A DNA stretch of 43,508 bases from Stramenopiles sp. TOSAG23-6 (GCA_900128565.1 LT635931.1:1-43508); one strand, 5' to 3'; positions 11,186 to 21,697 are shown, counted from the first letter of the stretch. Made by a program: numbers and translations. The notes: generated by a model from the sequence alone, not told the origin.

Positions 11186-11223
11186 TCATTCACTGATTCA
11201 TTCACTGATTCTTTCACTGGTTC
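11186..11223 (+). repeat. Three imperfect 12-bp tandem units (TCATTCACTGAT) just upstream of an ATG
   Basis: tcattcactgat tcattcactgat tctttcactggt. Confidence 0.7.
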
Positions 11224-11232
11224 TCGCCTAAA

Positions 11233-13715
11233 ATGGATAGTAATGGCGGCGTGGATGAAGAAGGAGACGTAGTCGATACAATTGAAACAAACCCAGAAAT
11301 TTCTGAAGAAGAAAGTGTACAGAATAAAAATAGTAAGGAAAGGATTGATAGTGAGGTTGATTTCATTGTTAACAATATGGAGTTCGAAGATGCAACGCAG
11401 GAGTTTGACGATACAAATGAGAAAGAAAAAATCCTTTCAGGTATTCGTGATGGTATATTCAAAGCCATTGAGGAATTAAATATGTCGGATCTTGTACAAT
11501 TAACAAATCAAGCCAGAGAGCGAGGAGATGAGGTAATTAATATGGGAGATGAAATTGGTGATACTTCACTTCACCGCGCCGCTGGTTCTGGTTCACTTGA
11601 TATGATTTGTTTTCTTGTATCAGCTGGAGCGGATATGGGTGCCACAAATGCAAATGATGACACACCGCTTCATTATGCTTGCATGTTTGTTCCAGCTGAA
11701 GACGATCAAATGGTTGAACATTTTATGATGGTTGAAGCAATGTTCGCTGCTGGCGCAGCTTCTTATTGGGATTCTAAAAACAAAGAAGGCGAGACTCCAC
11801 AGTCATATGCCACAGACGCATTCCCTCCGAATCTTTATGAGAAGTTAGTCGCCAAGTCTCAAGAACATGCATTTATTGTTACGTATCATGAAGATTGTAT
11901 GCTTAAAGCAAAAAAAAATGTATGTTTTTTTTTTTTCAAATTCGATTTTTTTTTCGTACGAAATTTTGTACCTAACGACTTTTTTTTGAAATATTTTTCC
12001 AAAATACATGGCTTCTCTGGAAGGAAAACTAAAAGATAATTCAGCTTTGCCTTTACCAACAACTGAAAGCAATGCGAAGTTTAATAAGCCAAGGACAATA
12101 GGTCGGTTGCAGTGGCTAAGACGTCAATTAAAGAATTTATATATTACACCAGCTGCATGTATGTTTTATTTTTTTTCAATTTCGAATTTACTTTTCATAC
12201 GAAAATTTGTACCTAACGATATTTTTTTTGAAATATTTTTCCAAAGTACATTATTCAGCGCAATGGATGCAAATAAAGATGGTATGATTTCTTTGCCAGA
12301 GTTTGTGTCTGGCTTGGCAGAGGTTGGAATTTGTGTCAATGATTTCCAGTCTAAGCAACTCTTTATGTACATTTTCATTTTCAATTTCAATTTTTGTTTC
12401 TTCATAGTTTTTTATTTTTCGTGGATAATTTTGTACCGAACAAAAAAAGAAATTTTATCTAAAAATTGTTTTCGCTAATGTTTTGTAACTCAAAAAAAAA
12501 TATTCTTCACAATAAAGTATGATCGACCCGGATCGTGACTCAAAGATTAGTTGGACTGAACTTGAATCCTGTTTATCTCAAAATGTTGAAGAAGATGGTG
12601 CTCGAGAGTTGTTGGCAGATGAATTAGAGAAGAAACAAATTGCAGGTGTAGATGTTGAAGAGGAAGAATTAAAGACAAATTATATGGAAATGCTACATTT
12701 AAATGAAAAGGACCCAGAAGAGGTTGAAGAGAGGCGCGATATACAAAGATCTTCAGCTGTATTTCAAGAGATAAAAGCAGCTATTGAGCAAAACAAAACT
12801 CTTTTTGGTCGACAACTTCGAAGTGGAAAAGATCTTTTTGAGAGTATGGATCAAGATGGTGATGGGCATCTTACATATGAAGAGTTTACGAATGGTTTGA
12901 AACAAATGAATCTAGGTTTGAGCGATGAACAAATAAAGGAAGTAATTAATCAACTTGATGTAGACAAAGATGGTGAAATTGAATTTGAAGAGTTGTTTGA
13001 GGTACTTCAAATAGATGAAGATGATTTTAATCCTGTAAAACAAACTGAAAAACGTATTTTGGAAGTAAAAAAAAAAGTTCAAGAACAGGAGAAAGCCATC
13101 ACTCATTTGTGTGGATCTTTTGCGTTCAACAAAAGTGCGCGCGTAATAGCTTCACATATCGAGAAAAGAAAGAAATTAGAAATTCGAATGACTCGACAGA
13201 GAGCCCGGATTCGTCGTAAGTTTGAAAATCGACGTAGTCAAAGACGCAGTAAATGGTCACAGGTGTTGTCTCGATCTCCATATGGCGTTGATCAACATGC
13301 GGAACATAAGATTATAATGAATGCAAATAAAGAAAGAAATCGGTTAGAAGCAAGATTAAAAAAACGCCGCGAAAAAAAGCGTCTGAAATGTCTCGGTAAA
13401 CTCATTGTTGAAACATTGACAAATGCCGACCAATTAGGCGAAGTTCGAAGGGAAAGTCGCGAATTAGCTTTAGAAGAATCTCGTTTAAAGGCAATGGTAG
13501 ACCTAGAAAAAGCTCGAAGGAGAGGAATGAATAGTAAATACTACCGAGAAAAATTAAGTAGACAAGAAATTCGAGCTCGCATTCAAAGTAAAGAAGCTCA
13601 AAATAACGCTGATAGTCCAGAGATGTTGCTGAAGAATATTAACTTTAACCCCAGTGAAGAGAAGTTATCTGATGAAAATCCTATTACATTCATCGAAAGA
13701 AGTAATGAAGAATAG
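11233..13715 (+). CDS. Ankyrin-repeat, four-EF-hand, coiled-coil protein; exons approx. 11233-11919, 12010-12158, 12252-12366, 12518-13715
   Basis: Ankyrin motifs GDTSLHRAA and DDTPLHYAC; EF loops DANKDGMISLPE, DPDRDSKISWTE, DQDGDGHLTYEE, DVDKDGEIEFEE. The first junction is 1 nt out of frame as sequenced (next to an A9 run), so the one-gene model is uncertain. Confidence 0.65.
11920..12009 (+). other. GT-AT family intron (90 nt)
   Basis: AAT|GTATGTTTT...TTCGTACGAAATTTTGTACCTAAC...CCAAAATACAT|GG; full consensus, but the downstream frame is off by one. Confidence 0.65.
12159..12251 (+). other. GT-AT intron (93 nt)
   Basis: GCAT|GTATGT...TTTGTACCTAAC...CCAAAGTACAT|TA gives PAALFSAMD before the EF loop; the AG 5 nt upstream would frameshift. 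Confidence 0.8.
12367..12517 (+). other. Family-derived intron with GT-AG ends (151 nt)
   Basis: AT|GTACATTTT...TTTTGTACCGAAC...CACAATAAAG|T gives LFIMIDPD, placing Phe at the canonical -4 position of the EF-hand. Confidence 0.7.
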
Positions 13716-13813
13716 TATCCAAAAAAGTAAAAATAAATATCTAGAATTCATTTTATTTATATTATTATTTCTATACAAATATTTCTATACCACCCTTACT
13801 TAATAATTTACAA

Positions 13814-15072
13814 TTATCCATACCATCCATTGAATGTATTATTTTGAACAATACTGTTTTGCTGCCTTTTGATATTATATGAAGGGTCATCAGTTTTCAG
13901 TTCATATCGGCATAGTGGACAGGTATTTGTTTTATTTAACCATTTCATAATACAACCCGAATGATATATGTGATAGCATGGTAGTCTAGTACATTCTTTA
14001 TCTATAAAATCATCTTGACAAATGTTTTGTACATAAATATTTTTTTTTGTACAATTTTTTTTGTTAAGTACAAAATTTTCATAGAAAAAAAATGTAAGGT
14101 AAAAAACAAATTTAATTTTGAAAAACGTACATTGGACACATCACTTTTTCTTCTTTATTTCGTGTTATGTTGACTGAAATATTAATACTAGTATTAATAT
14201 TAGTTGTAGTACTATTTTTAGGTGCATTTATATCAATTAGGTCTACAGACTCTACACATTTTGTTTCTTGGCATGCTGCGACATTAGGGTTAGGGTTTGA
14301 CAGTAATTTTTGAAGTCTTTTTGAAGCATCTTTTTGAATCATTAAAGCAGGTATTGATGTAGAGGCATTATTTGAATTAGTCATTATATAAGGCCAAACA
14401 GTTTGATTTTGTCCAACAACAACACCAATCGCACCATGTATTGTGAAAAAATATTTTTTTGTAGTAAAATGTTTTTGTTAGGTACAAATTTTGGTACGAA
14501 AAAAAAAAAGTAAAAAAAAATTGAAAACGTACATAACTTTGTAAACGTATAATTTTTTCAACAAATGAACAACCCCCCCTTTCAACGAAAGCTATTACAC
14601 CTCTAATGGTAGAACTATTGATTAATTCAGTTGCAGCATTGAAAGGATTCGCCATAACTATTTTGGGGTATTGTGTTTTACCCAGTGGCCAATCAGGACC
14701 AAACCGAGCAGCTAAACAAGAAATTTCACCAACGATACCTGAAACACTCAGAGATAGCTGTTGCAACCACGGAGATTTTTTATCAACTATAGACCGTTCT
14801 AAAGATGCACACACAGATTTGGACGCTGCGGGTCGGCTGCTAAAGTGATGAAACTCCTCTGTAAAATTCCGGAAAAAATCTAAATCATCTACTGAAGCTG
14901 TTGCTGTACTGTTGGAGACTTCACTATCTCCAGGAAGGACCACCGACAAGTCAGCTCCACAAATTTCACACACTGGGTCACTTGCATAATATCGAACAGA
15001 CTCAAGACAATCTCCACACCATCGAAAATTTGAATTTCTTCTTGCGGGTGGTAAAGGAGGATTTGGTATCAT
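13814..15072 (-). CDS. RING-H2 E3 ubiquitin ligase with N-terminal zinc ribbon and PA domain; exons 15072-14533, 14435-14131, 14021-13814
   Basis: WCGDC..CEICG ribbon; PA motif IAFVERGGCSFVEKIIRLQSY|GAIGVVV; RING CPI|CQDD..LPCYHIYHSGCIMKWL..TCPLCR. Confidence 0.9.
14022..14130 (-). other. GT-AT intron (109 nt)
   Basis: CCA AT|GTACGTTTT...TTTTGTACTTAAC...CAAAACAT|T TGT restores the RING CxxC exactly; no usable AG. Confidence 0.9.
14436..14532 (-). other. GT-AT intron (97 nt)
   Basis: TAT|GTACGTTTT...TTTGTACCTAAC...CACAATACAT|GGT GCG restores frame and the PA-domain GA motif. Confidence 0.9.
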
Positions 15073-15311
15073 AGTATCATAATATTTTAATATTGTTCTT
15101 GAATCTTGATCATGGAGTTGAAGTCGAAGTTTGGAGAAAAAAAAAATTATTAGAAAATTTGATGTCAATCGCAAAATTTTGACCGCAATAAAAATCGAAA
15201 AATAGAGAGTATACTAGCTACTATAGGGTTAGGGTTACTATCAGAAAATAAATTCCAAAAAAAAAAAAAATTTGATATTATATTATTGGACATATTATTG
15301 CAATAACTATT

Positions 15312-16188
15312 TTATTTACTAGATGGTCCACCACAGAGAGCCATTACATTAAAATGAAGATTTTTAGGATCTCTCGACATAAAATCGTTTCGGATTATTT
15401 TCGCAGCATCTGAAAGTATGAATTTTGGAAAAATATTTGAAATGTTTTTTCGTTAGGTACAAAATTTCGTACGAAAAAATTCTTCGAATTTAAAAAAAAA
15501 AAAAAACATACATGTCACTGCATTTACCATGAGGAACTGGAAAATCCTGACATCCATCAAATTCTACAAGTATACCATTAATACAGACAAATACAATAAA
15601 ATGAGCATCCACTCTTTCATCTCTGTCAGGGGCTGCTGTTTGAGAAAGTGATTCGTCAGAGGCACTTTCTTCACTTACTTCATGAATTGGTTTTGCATCA
15701 GCCAACAATTGTCCTTTCTGTGAAGGCGACTCCTTCTGGTGCGAATCAATGAAATCATGTAATATTCCTGGAGCTAATTCGAAATTTGGATTATATAAAT
15801 GGTTATTAGAGAGTGCATGTACCATACCAATTGTACCACATGCATTTCCAAAACAAGACAGTTGTTTAACGAAGAAAGTTTTGCTTCCTAAAGTTTTATC
15901 AATGCTTGAGTTATTGCGATACTCAGATCGTCGAGGGCCACTAATATTCTTTGAAGGATACAATAAACACACAGCAACACAAGGTTTGGGCACCATACAG
16001 AGTAGCTCAGGATCTAGTCCGAAAACGTCAACCCACTCGAATGAAGATTGCATACCCATGCGAGTACAAAAGCTGTTTACTAAATCTGGATTGCTTTCAA
16101 GAGGAAGCCATCTCGGATTAGTGCTCTTCATATCATTATTTGAAGATTTGGCTGATGCAACTGCAATATTATCTTTATCACTCTCCAT
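15312..16188 (-). CDS. Ubiquitin C-terminal hydrolase, UCH-L3-like (peptidase C12); exons 16188-15512, 15417-15312
   Basis: WLPLESNP, QLSCFGNACGTIG, HFIVFV..LVEFDG, and spliced C-terminus DAAKII..FMSRDP.NLHFNVMAL. Confidence 0.92.
15418..15511 (-). other. GT-AT intron (94 nt)
   Basis: GAC AT|GTATGTTTT...TTCGTACGAAATTTTGTACCTAAC...CCAAAATTCAT|A CTT restores frame; the next AG, 8 nt downstream, would frameshift. Confidence 0.85.
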
Positions 16189-16354
16189 TATTCAGACGAT
16201 TCACTCTTTTTCAGGAAAATATTCATATGATTTCTTCTGGTCAAAAACAGTCAAAAATCGACTCGATTTTTGTCCAAATCCGCAAACAAACTCGATTTTG
16301 GGGAAATCTCGATTGCCCGCAATAGTTCTTCTTTTTAGCAAAGTTTTTTCTATA

Positions 16355-18677
16355 ATGTCATGCAAAGAGGGAATTGAAAAACTTGTAATTCTTGACGCCG
16401 GTGCACAGTATGCCAAGGTAATTGATCGACGTGTTCGCGAACTTGCTGTGCATTCCACAATCTTGCCTCTGGAAACTCCAGCTGACAAGTTGAAAGCTGA
16501 TGGATACAAAGCAATTATTATTTCTGGTGGACCAGAGAGCGTGTACGCAGAAAATGCCCCTAAATACGACCCTGGGCTGTTTGAATTGGGTATACCAATA
16601 TTCGGTATATGTTATGGAATGCAATTATTAAATAAGGTCCATGGAGGTTCTGTATTAAAAAAAAGTGAACGGGAAGATGGTGTTTTCAAAATACACACCA
16701 CTGGAAAATCTTTACTATTTGATAGTTTAGATGTAACTCAGACAGTATTGCTTACGCATGGTGACTCGGTATCAATGGTTGCTCCAGGTTTTCGTTGTGT
16801 GGGGAAATCGTCCAGCGGGATTGTGTCTGCTATAGACTCTTTTGAAAAAAAAATGTATGGCGTTCAATTTCACCCGGAAGTAGATTTGACTGTTCATGGC
16901 AAAGAAATGTTTTCTAATTTTTTATTCAAAGTTGCTGGATTTTCAGGTAATTTCACAATGGTTTCTAGAAAAGATGCAGCAATAAAATTAATCAGAGAAA
17001 CTGTAGGTGATGCCTCTGTTCTAACTCTTGTGAGTGGAGGTGTTGATTCTACAGTTTGTACCGCTTTGCTTCGTGAAGCTTTACCACACGAAAAAATATT
17101 TGCATTACATTTAGATTCTGGATTTATGCGGAAAAATGAAAGTTCTAATGTAAAACTGGCATTGGAAGCAATAGGCGTTAATTTAAAGGTGGTTGATGCT
17201 ACTGAAACATTTGCTAATGCTACAACTGAAATTCGAGGAAAGAAAACGAAACGTCTCTGTGAAACCATGTACGTTTTCAAAATTTCAAAATCAAATTTTT
17301 TTTTTTTCGTACCAAAATTTGTACCTAACAAAAAAAATCAAATTTTTGATTTTTTTTCACAATACATTGACCCGGAAGCAAAACGTAAAATTATTGGTGA
17401 TACTTTTATGACAATTAGTGATGTGGAAGCACGAAGATTTGGTTTAGACCCTAAAAAATGTTTTCTAGCACAAGGAACATTACGTCCAGACTTAATCGAA
17501 TCTGCGTCGAAAATTGCTTCTGGTTCTGGAAATGCACATTGCATTAAAACGCATCACAATGACACACAGTTGGTACGTGCTCTTCGCGAGCAAGGTAGAA
17601 TTATTGAGCCACTAAAAGATTATCATAAGGATGAGGTAAGAGCTTTGGGAATGGATTTAGGTTTATCTGAGTCTTTAGTATGGCGTCAACCTTTCCCTGG
17701 CCCTGTACGTTTTTCGTAATGAATTTCAAGTATATGTTTTTGTTTTTATACAAAATTTTATACCTAACAAAAAAAATGTACTAAAAAAAAAATATATTTT
17801 TTCATAGAACATGGACTAGCTATTAGAATAATTTGTGCCGATAAACCCTTCCTTCCTGCTATTCAAGACGATACCAATGGTCCTATAAAGATTGCAAAAA
17901 AGTTGCAGAAAGTTGTGGAAACTGTCTGTTCTCGTTTTAGCACAAGTCAAACATTTACTGGTAATAATGTATATTTTATTTTTTTCAATTTCGAATTTCG
18001 AATTTATTTTTTTTCGTACGAAATTTTATACCTAACAAATTTTATGAAAAAAAATATTTTTCACAATACATACAGAAAATAAAATAAAGAGACAAAAGAC
18101 ATTGCCATCATCTGTTACCGATGTTCAAGCGATTCTATTACCTTGTAGATCTGTTGGGGTTCAAGGAGATTGTCGTTCCTATAAGTCACTTTGTGCTCTC
18201 AGTTGGTCTGGTAAGAGTTCAATTAATTGGAAACTTTTACTTGAAATTGCAAGAGAAATTCCTAAATTGATACACCATGTAAACCGAGTAGTTTTTCTAT
18301 TTGGAGATTCAATGATGAATGGGGTGTCTTCAACAATAACTCCAACACGTCTGGAAGAACCTGTTATTAATATGCTTCGTGAGGCAGATGCAATCGTGAA
18401 TGAGTTGCTATTGAAGCACAAACTGACAAGAAAATTAAGTCAAGTGCCAGTCATTTTATTTCCAGCGGATTTTGGGCTCCCAGGTAAAAGAAGTATTGCC
18501 ATTCGAACATTTATTACTAGAGATTTTATGACTGGGTTGCCAGCGCAGCCAGGAAAAGACATTCAGATTGCTATTATTGAAGAAATGGCTCGTCGAATAT
18601 TGACTGAGGTTGAAGGCATTGGTCGTGTAACCTATGATCTTACTTCAAAACCTCCCGCAACAACAGAGTGGGAATAA
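16355..18677 (+). CDS. GMPS: GMP synthase (glutamine-hydrolysing); exons 16355-17268, 17368-17704, 17813-17968, 18072-18677
   Basis: ILDAGAQY, GICYGMQ, QFHPEV, SGGVDS, PEAKRKIIGDTF, QGTLRPDLIES, IKTHHN, QPFPGP|GLAIR, SVGVQGD.RSY, YDLTSKPPATTEWE. Confidence 0.96.
17269..17367 (+). other. GT-AT intron (99 nt, in frame and stop-free)
   Basis: ACC AT|GTACGTTTT...TTTGTACCTAAC...CACAATACAT|T GAC CCG gives LCETIDPEAKRK and removes an F/K/N-rich insert; the intron contains no AG at all. Confidence 0.88.
17705..17812 (+). other. GT-AT intron (108 nt)
   Basis: CCT|GTACGTTTT...TTTTATACCTAAC...CATAGAACAT|GGA restores the invariant PFPGPGLAIR; the TAG 5 nt upstream would frameshift. Confidence 0.92.
17969..18071 (+). 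other. GT-AT intron (103 nt); a canonical alternative 17961-18075 is also in frame
   Basis: AAT|GTATATTTT...TTCGTACGAAATTTTATACCTAAC...CACAATACAT|ACA matches the family consensus. Confidence 0.7.
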
Positions 18678-18830
18678 CTATAATAAAAATGCACATTATT
18701 TTGAAAAATTACAATTATTTACTATTCTATAAGTAGCTATACTCTGATATACAAGACATTTCTATCCATTCTCAGTCGTTTGAAATCGTCTTTTACAAGC
18801 GAGATAGCGTATTTTGAGATGTTCACTACT

Positions 18831-19106
18831 TCATTTATCTTCTTTTATGTCTGTGCTATTCTGGCTATTTGGCTTATATGTGTACGTTTTCATGTCCCAA
18901 TCAGGATCAGGACCAGCATCTCTACTACCAGAGTTCATATAAGGTCCTCGCATGACTTGTGAACCTGTCAGAGGTTTATCCATTCGGTTTAAACCAGAAC
19001 GACCTTGGCTCTCGTGATATTTTATTAAAAGAACAGGAAAAGAATATACAAAACCAATGAAACCACAAAGACCAGCTCCAACTAGTAAATTACGGTTACG
19101 ATACAT
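18831..19106 (-). CDS. Small single-pass membrane protein (91 aa)
   Basis: N-terminal hydrophobic helix, then KPL..SQVMRGPYMNSGSRDAGPDP, which resembles (from memory) a conserved uncharacterised small-protein family of plants and algae. Confidence 0.7.
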   Translation of the reverse strand: MYRNRNLLVGAGLCGFIGFVYSFPVLLIKYHESQGRSGLNRMDKPLTGSQVMRGPYMNSGSRDAGPDPDWDMKTYTYKPNSQNSTDIKEDK

Positions 19107-19502
19107 GCTAATGTGTATAGAAAATAAATATTCAATACTATTCTGTATTTATATGGAACACTTAGTAGTGTATACAAAAAGTGATAGTGTGTGCGCGTGG
19201 TGTAAATTCGGTCATAACAGAAAAAACATGTTAGAGTGTTATAGGGTTAGGGACTATAATATCCGTGGTCGAGTTTAGGTACAGAATTTGGTTGATAAAA
19301 AACACTACTATATAACAAAAAAATCCACAGACTCTACTTTTAATATTAAAATCTAATCTAAATAGTAGATGCACAAAATAATATACTTATTTAGACATGG
19401 TCGGCTATCACATAAACATTATTCCGTACTTAAATGGTACGGTGGACATAGTCAATGTAAATAACACGTTTTTCATATTCTCGCAAACACAAAATACAAA
19501 CT

Positions 19503-20374
19503 TTACTTTTTGATCTTACGGAGGTAAAAAGCAAGTTCAGGTCCTTCAAGAATGTATCCATCAGCACGTCCAGACTGTCCTGGACGAGATGAGATGCAAG
19601 CCAAAAGGCGACCATTGTTGAATTGATCAGCAAGGTTTTCATCAATTTCACGAGTTTTGCAATTCTTTGCTTGACGTCTAAGAACCTTGTTAGATTTTTT
19701 CTTGTCGGCTTCATCCTCGCCCTGTAGTGTAAAATGAGTATAGTAGTGGTATTGATGGGGCCGACACCATCAATTTATCAATGAGTAAAACGAATCAAAA
19801 AACAAAAAGTAATAGTATTGAGGTGAAAAAGAGGGGGGGGATAATTAGTAGAACCAAGATAAGTGCTACAGTCGACTTTCAAGGGTTTGACTTGAAATGG
19901 CTGTACACGTAAAATATCATGATGTAACAAAATGATATACTAAAGCTCTAATATACAATACATTGGATAATTAATACGTACATCTTTCTTCTTAAGTCCA
20001 GCCTTTTTGTTGAGCTCGATCCCGTAGTGGGTTTTGTACCAACTTCTGTAAGGTGCACTGTCAACTTGGACGATGCAGTTCTTTACAAGAGTCTTGGTAC
20101 GGACAAGCTCATTGTTAGAAGCATTGTAGACAACATTGAGAATACGAGCTTTACGGGTGCAGACTTCGGATCCCCAGGAAAAGTTACCGGTCTCAAGACG
20201 AAGAGCACGGAATTTCTTGTTTCCACCACGGGTGCGGACAGTGTGAACACGCTTAGCACCAATACGAGTATTAGCAGCTGGGCGTCCAAGCTCAAACTTC
20301 CTCTTCTTTACATGAATAACACGTTTACCACCAGTGTTACGGCGTTTGTGGCGTGAGTCGCGAGAGATACCCAT
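19503..20374 (-). CDS. RPS8: 40S ribosomal protein S8 (eS8); exons 20374-19982, 19721-19503
   Basis: [36 protein letters not shown]; exon 2 has [20 protein letters not shown]. Confidence 0.97.
19722..19981 (-). other. Canonical GT-AG intron (260 nt)
   Basis: GAT|GTACGT...TACTCAT..ACACTACAG|GGC, phase 0; lacks the TTTTGTACCTAAC motif. Confidence 0.9.
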
Positions 20375-20993
<619 letters not shown>

Positions 20994-21697
20994 AGTTGTT
21001 GTTTACGATACGATACTTTCTTATGGTGCATGGCTTGGTTTCGCATTATATACGAATCTAACTAGATATTATAGGAATATATACGAACAAATAGGATGCT
21101 GAAGAGAAAAGAGACATAACTTTGAAGAAAACAGACTTCGTCTGTGATCATTTAAAGTTTTACTTGTGAAGCATAGACATGTTTTATGCCTCAATTTTCA
21201 TTGTTATATTTGTAAATTGGATCTACCGCACGTACCTGCGTGTGCAAAAAATAAATCTGAATAAGCCAAAAATATTTTTCTCTTATTTATTTCTCATTTA
21301 TTTCTTTACTTTTTTAATTTCTCTGAGATGAAACACGATGCACTAAAAATATCCTTGTCTGTACACAAAAAGACTTTCCAAACATGGTATTCTCATCACC
21401 GGATGCTCAAGAAAGTAGATTCAAGATCAACTGTTTTGTCATCTATGTTTTTAAGATACAAGTCATCAAGATTAGAATATTATTTTCAACCCTCAACTAT
21501 CAAGCTTGAATTTCGTACTACACGAAATTTCAAATTTGCAATTTTTGCAACGGTCATAAAAATTTGCGCGTCATTAAAAAAAATCTGAAGCAGTCATTGA
21601 TCATCGTCGAATTGAAATCTCGAATTTTTCTCTCTTCAGGATGCTATGTGGATTACTTTCTGATTAGATTACTTTAAAAGATTGTAAAAGATTGTCC

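Noticed and set aside
14284-14297. TTAGGGTTAGGG as an interstitial telomere
   Set aside because: Lies in coding sequence and encodes NPNPN on the minus strand.
15749-16354. 200-aa N-terminal extension on GMP synthase in the ORF track
   Set aside because: It is the antisense of the UCH gene plus intergenic DNA; GMPS homology starts after the ATG at 16355.
17267-17365. Reading the introns as U12-type AT-AC introns (shift by 2 nt)
   Set aside because: Works only where AT is duplicated and preceded by AC. It breaks GMPS PGPG (17705) and gives AT-TC, AT-GC or GG-AC ends elsewhere. The U12 donor ATATCCT is absent and the branch motif is too far from the end.
21328-21588. 86-aa ORF between UBA52 and the MED8-like gene
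   Set aside because: No recognisable motif or other support.
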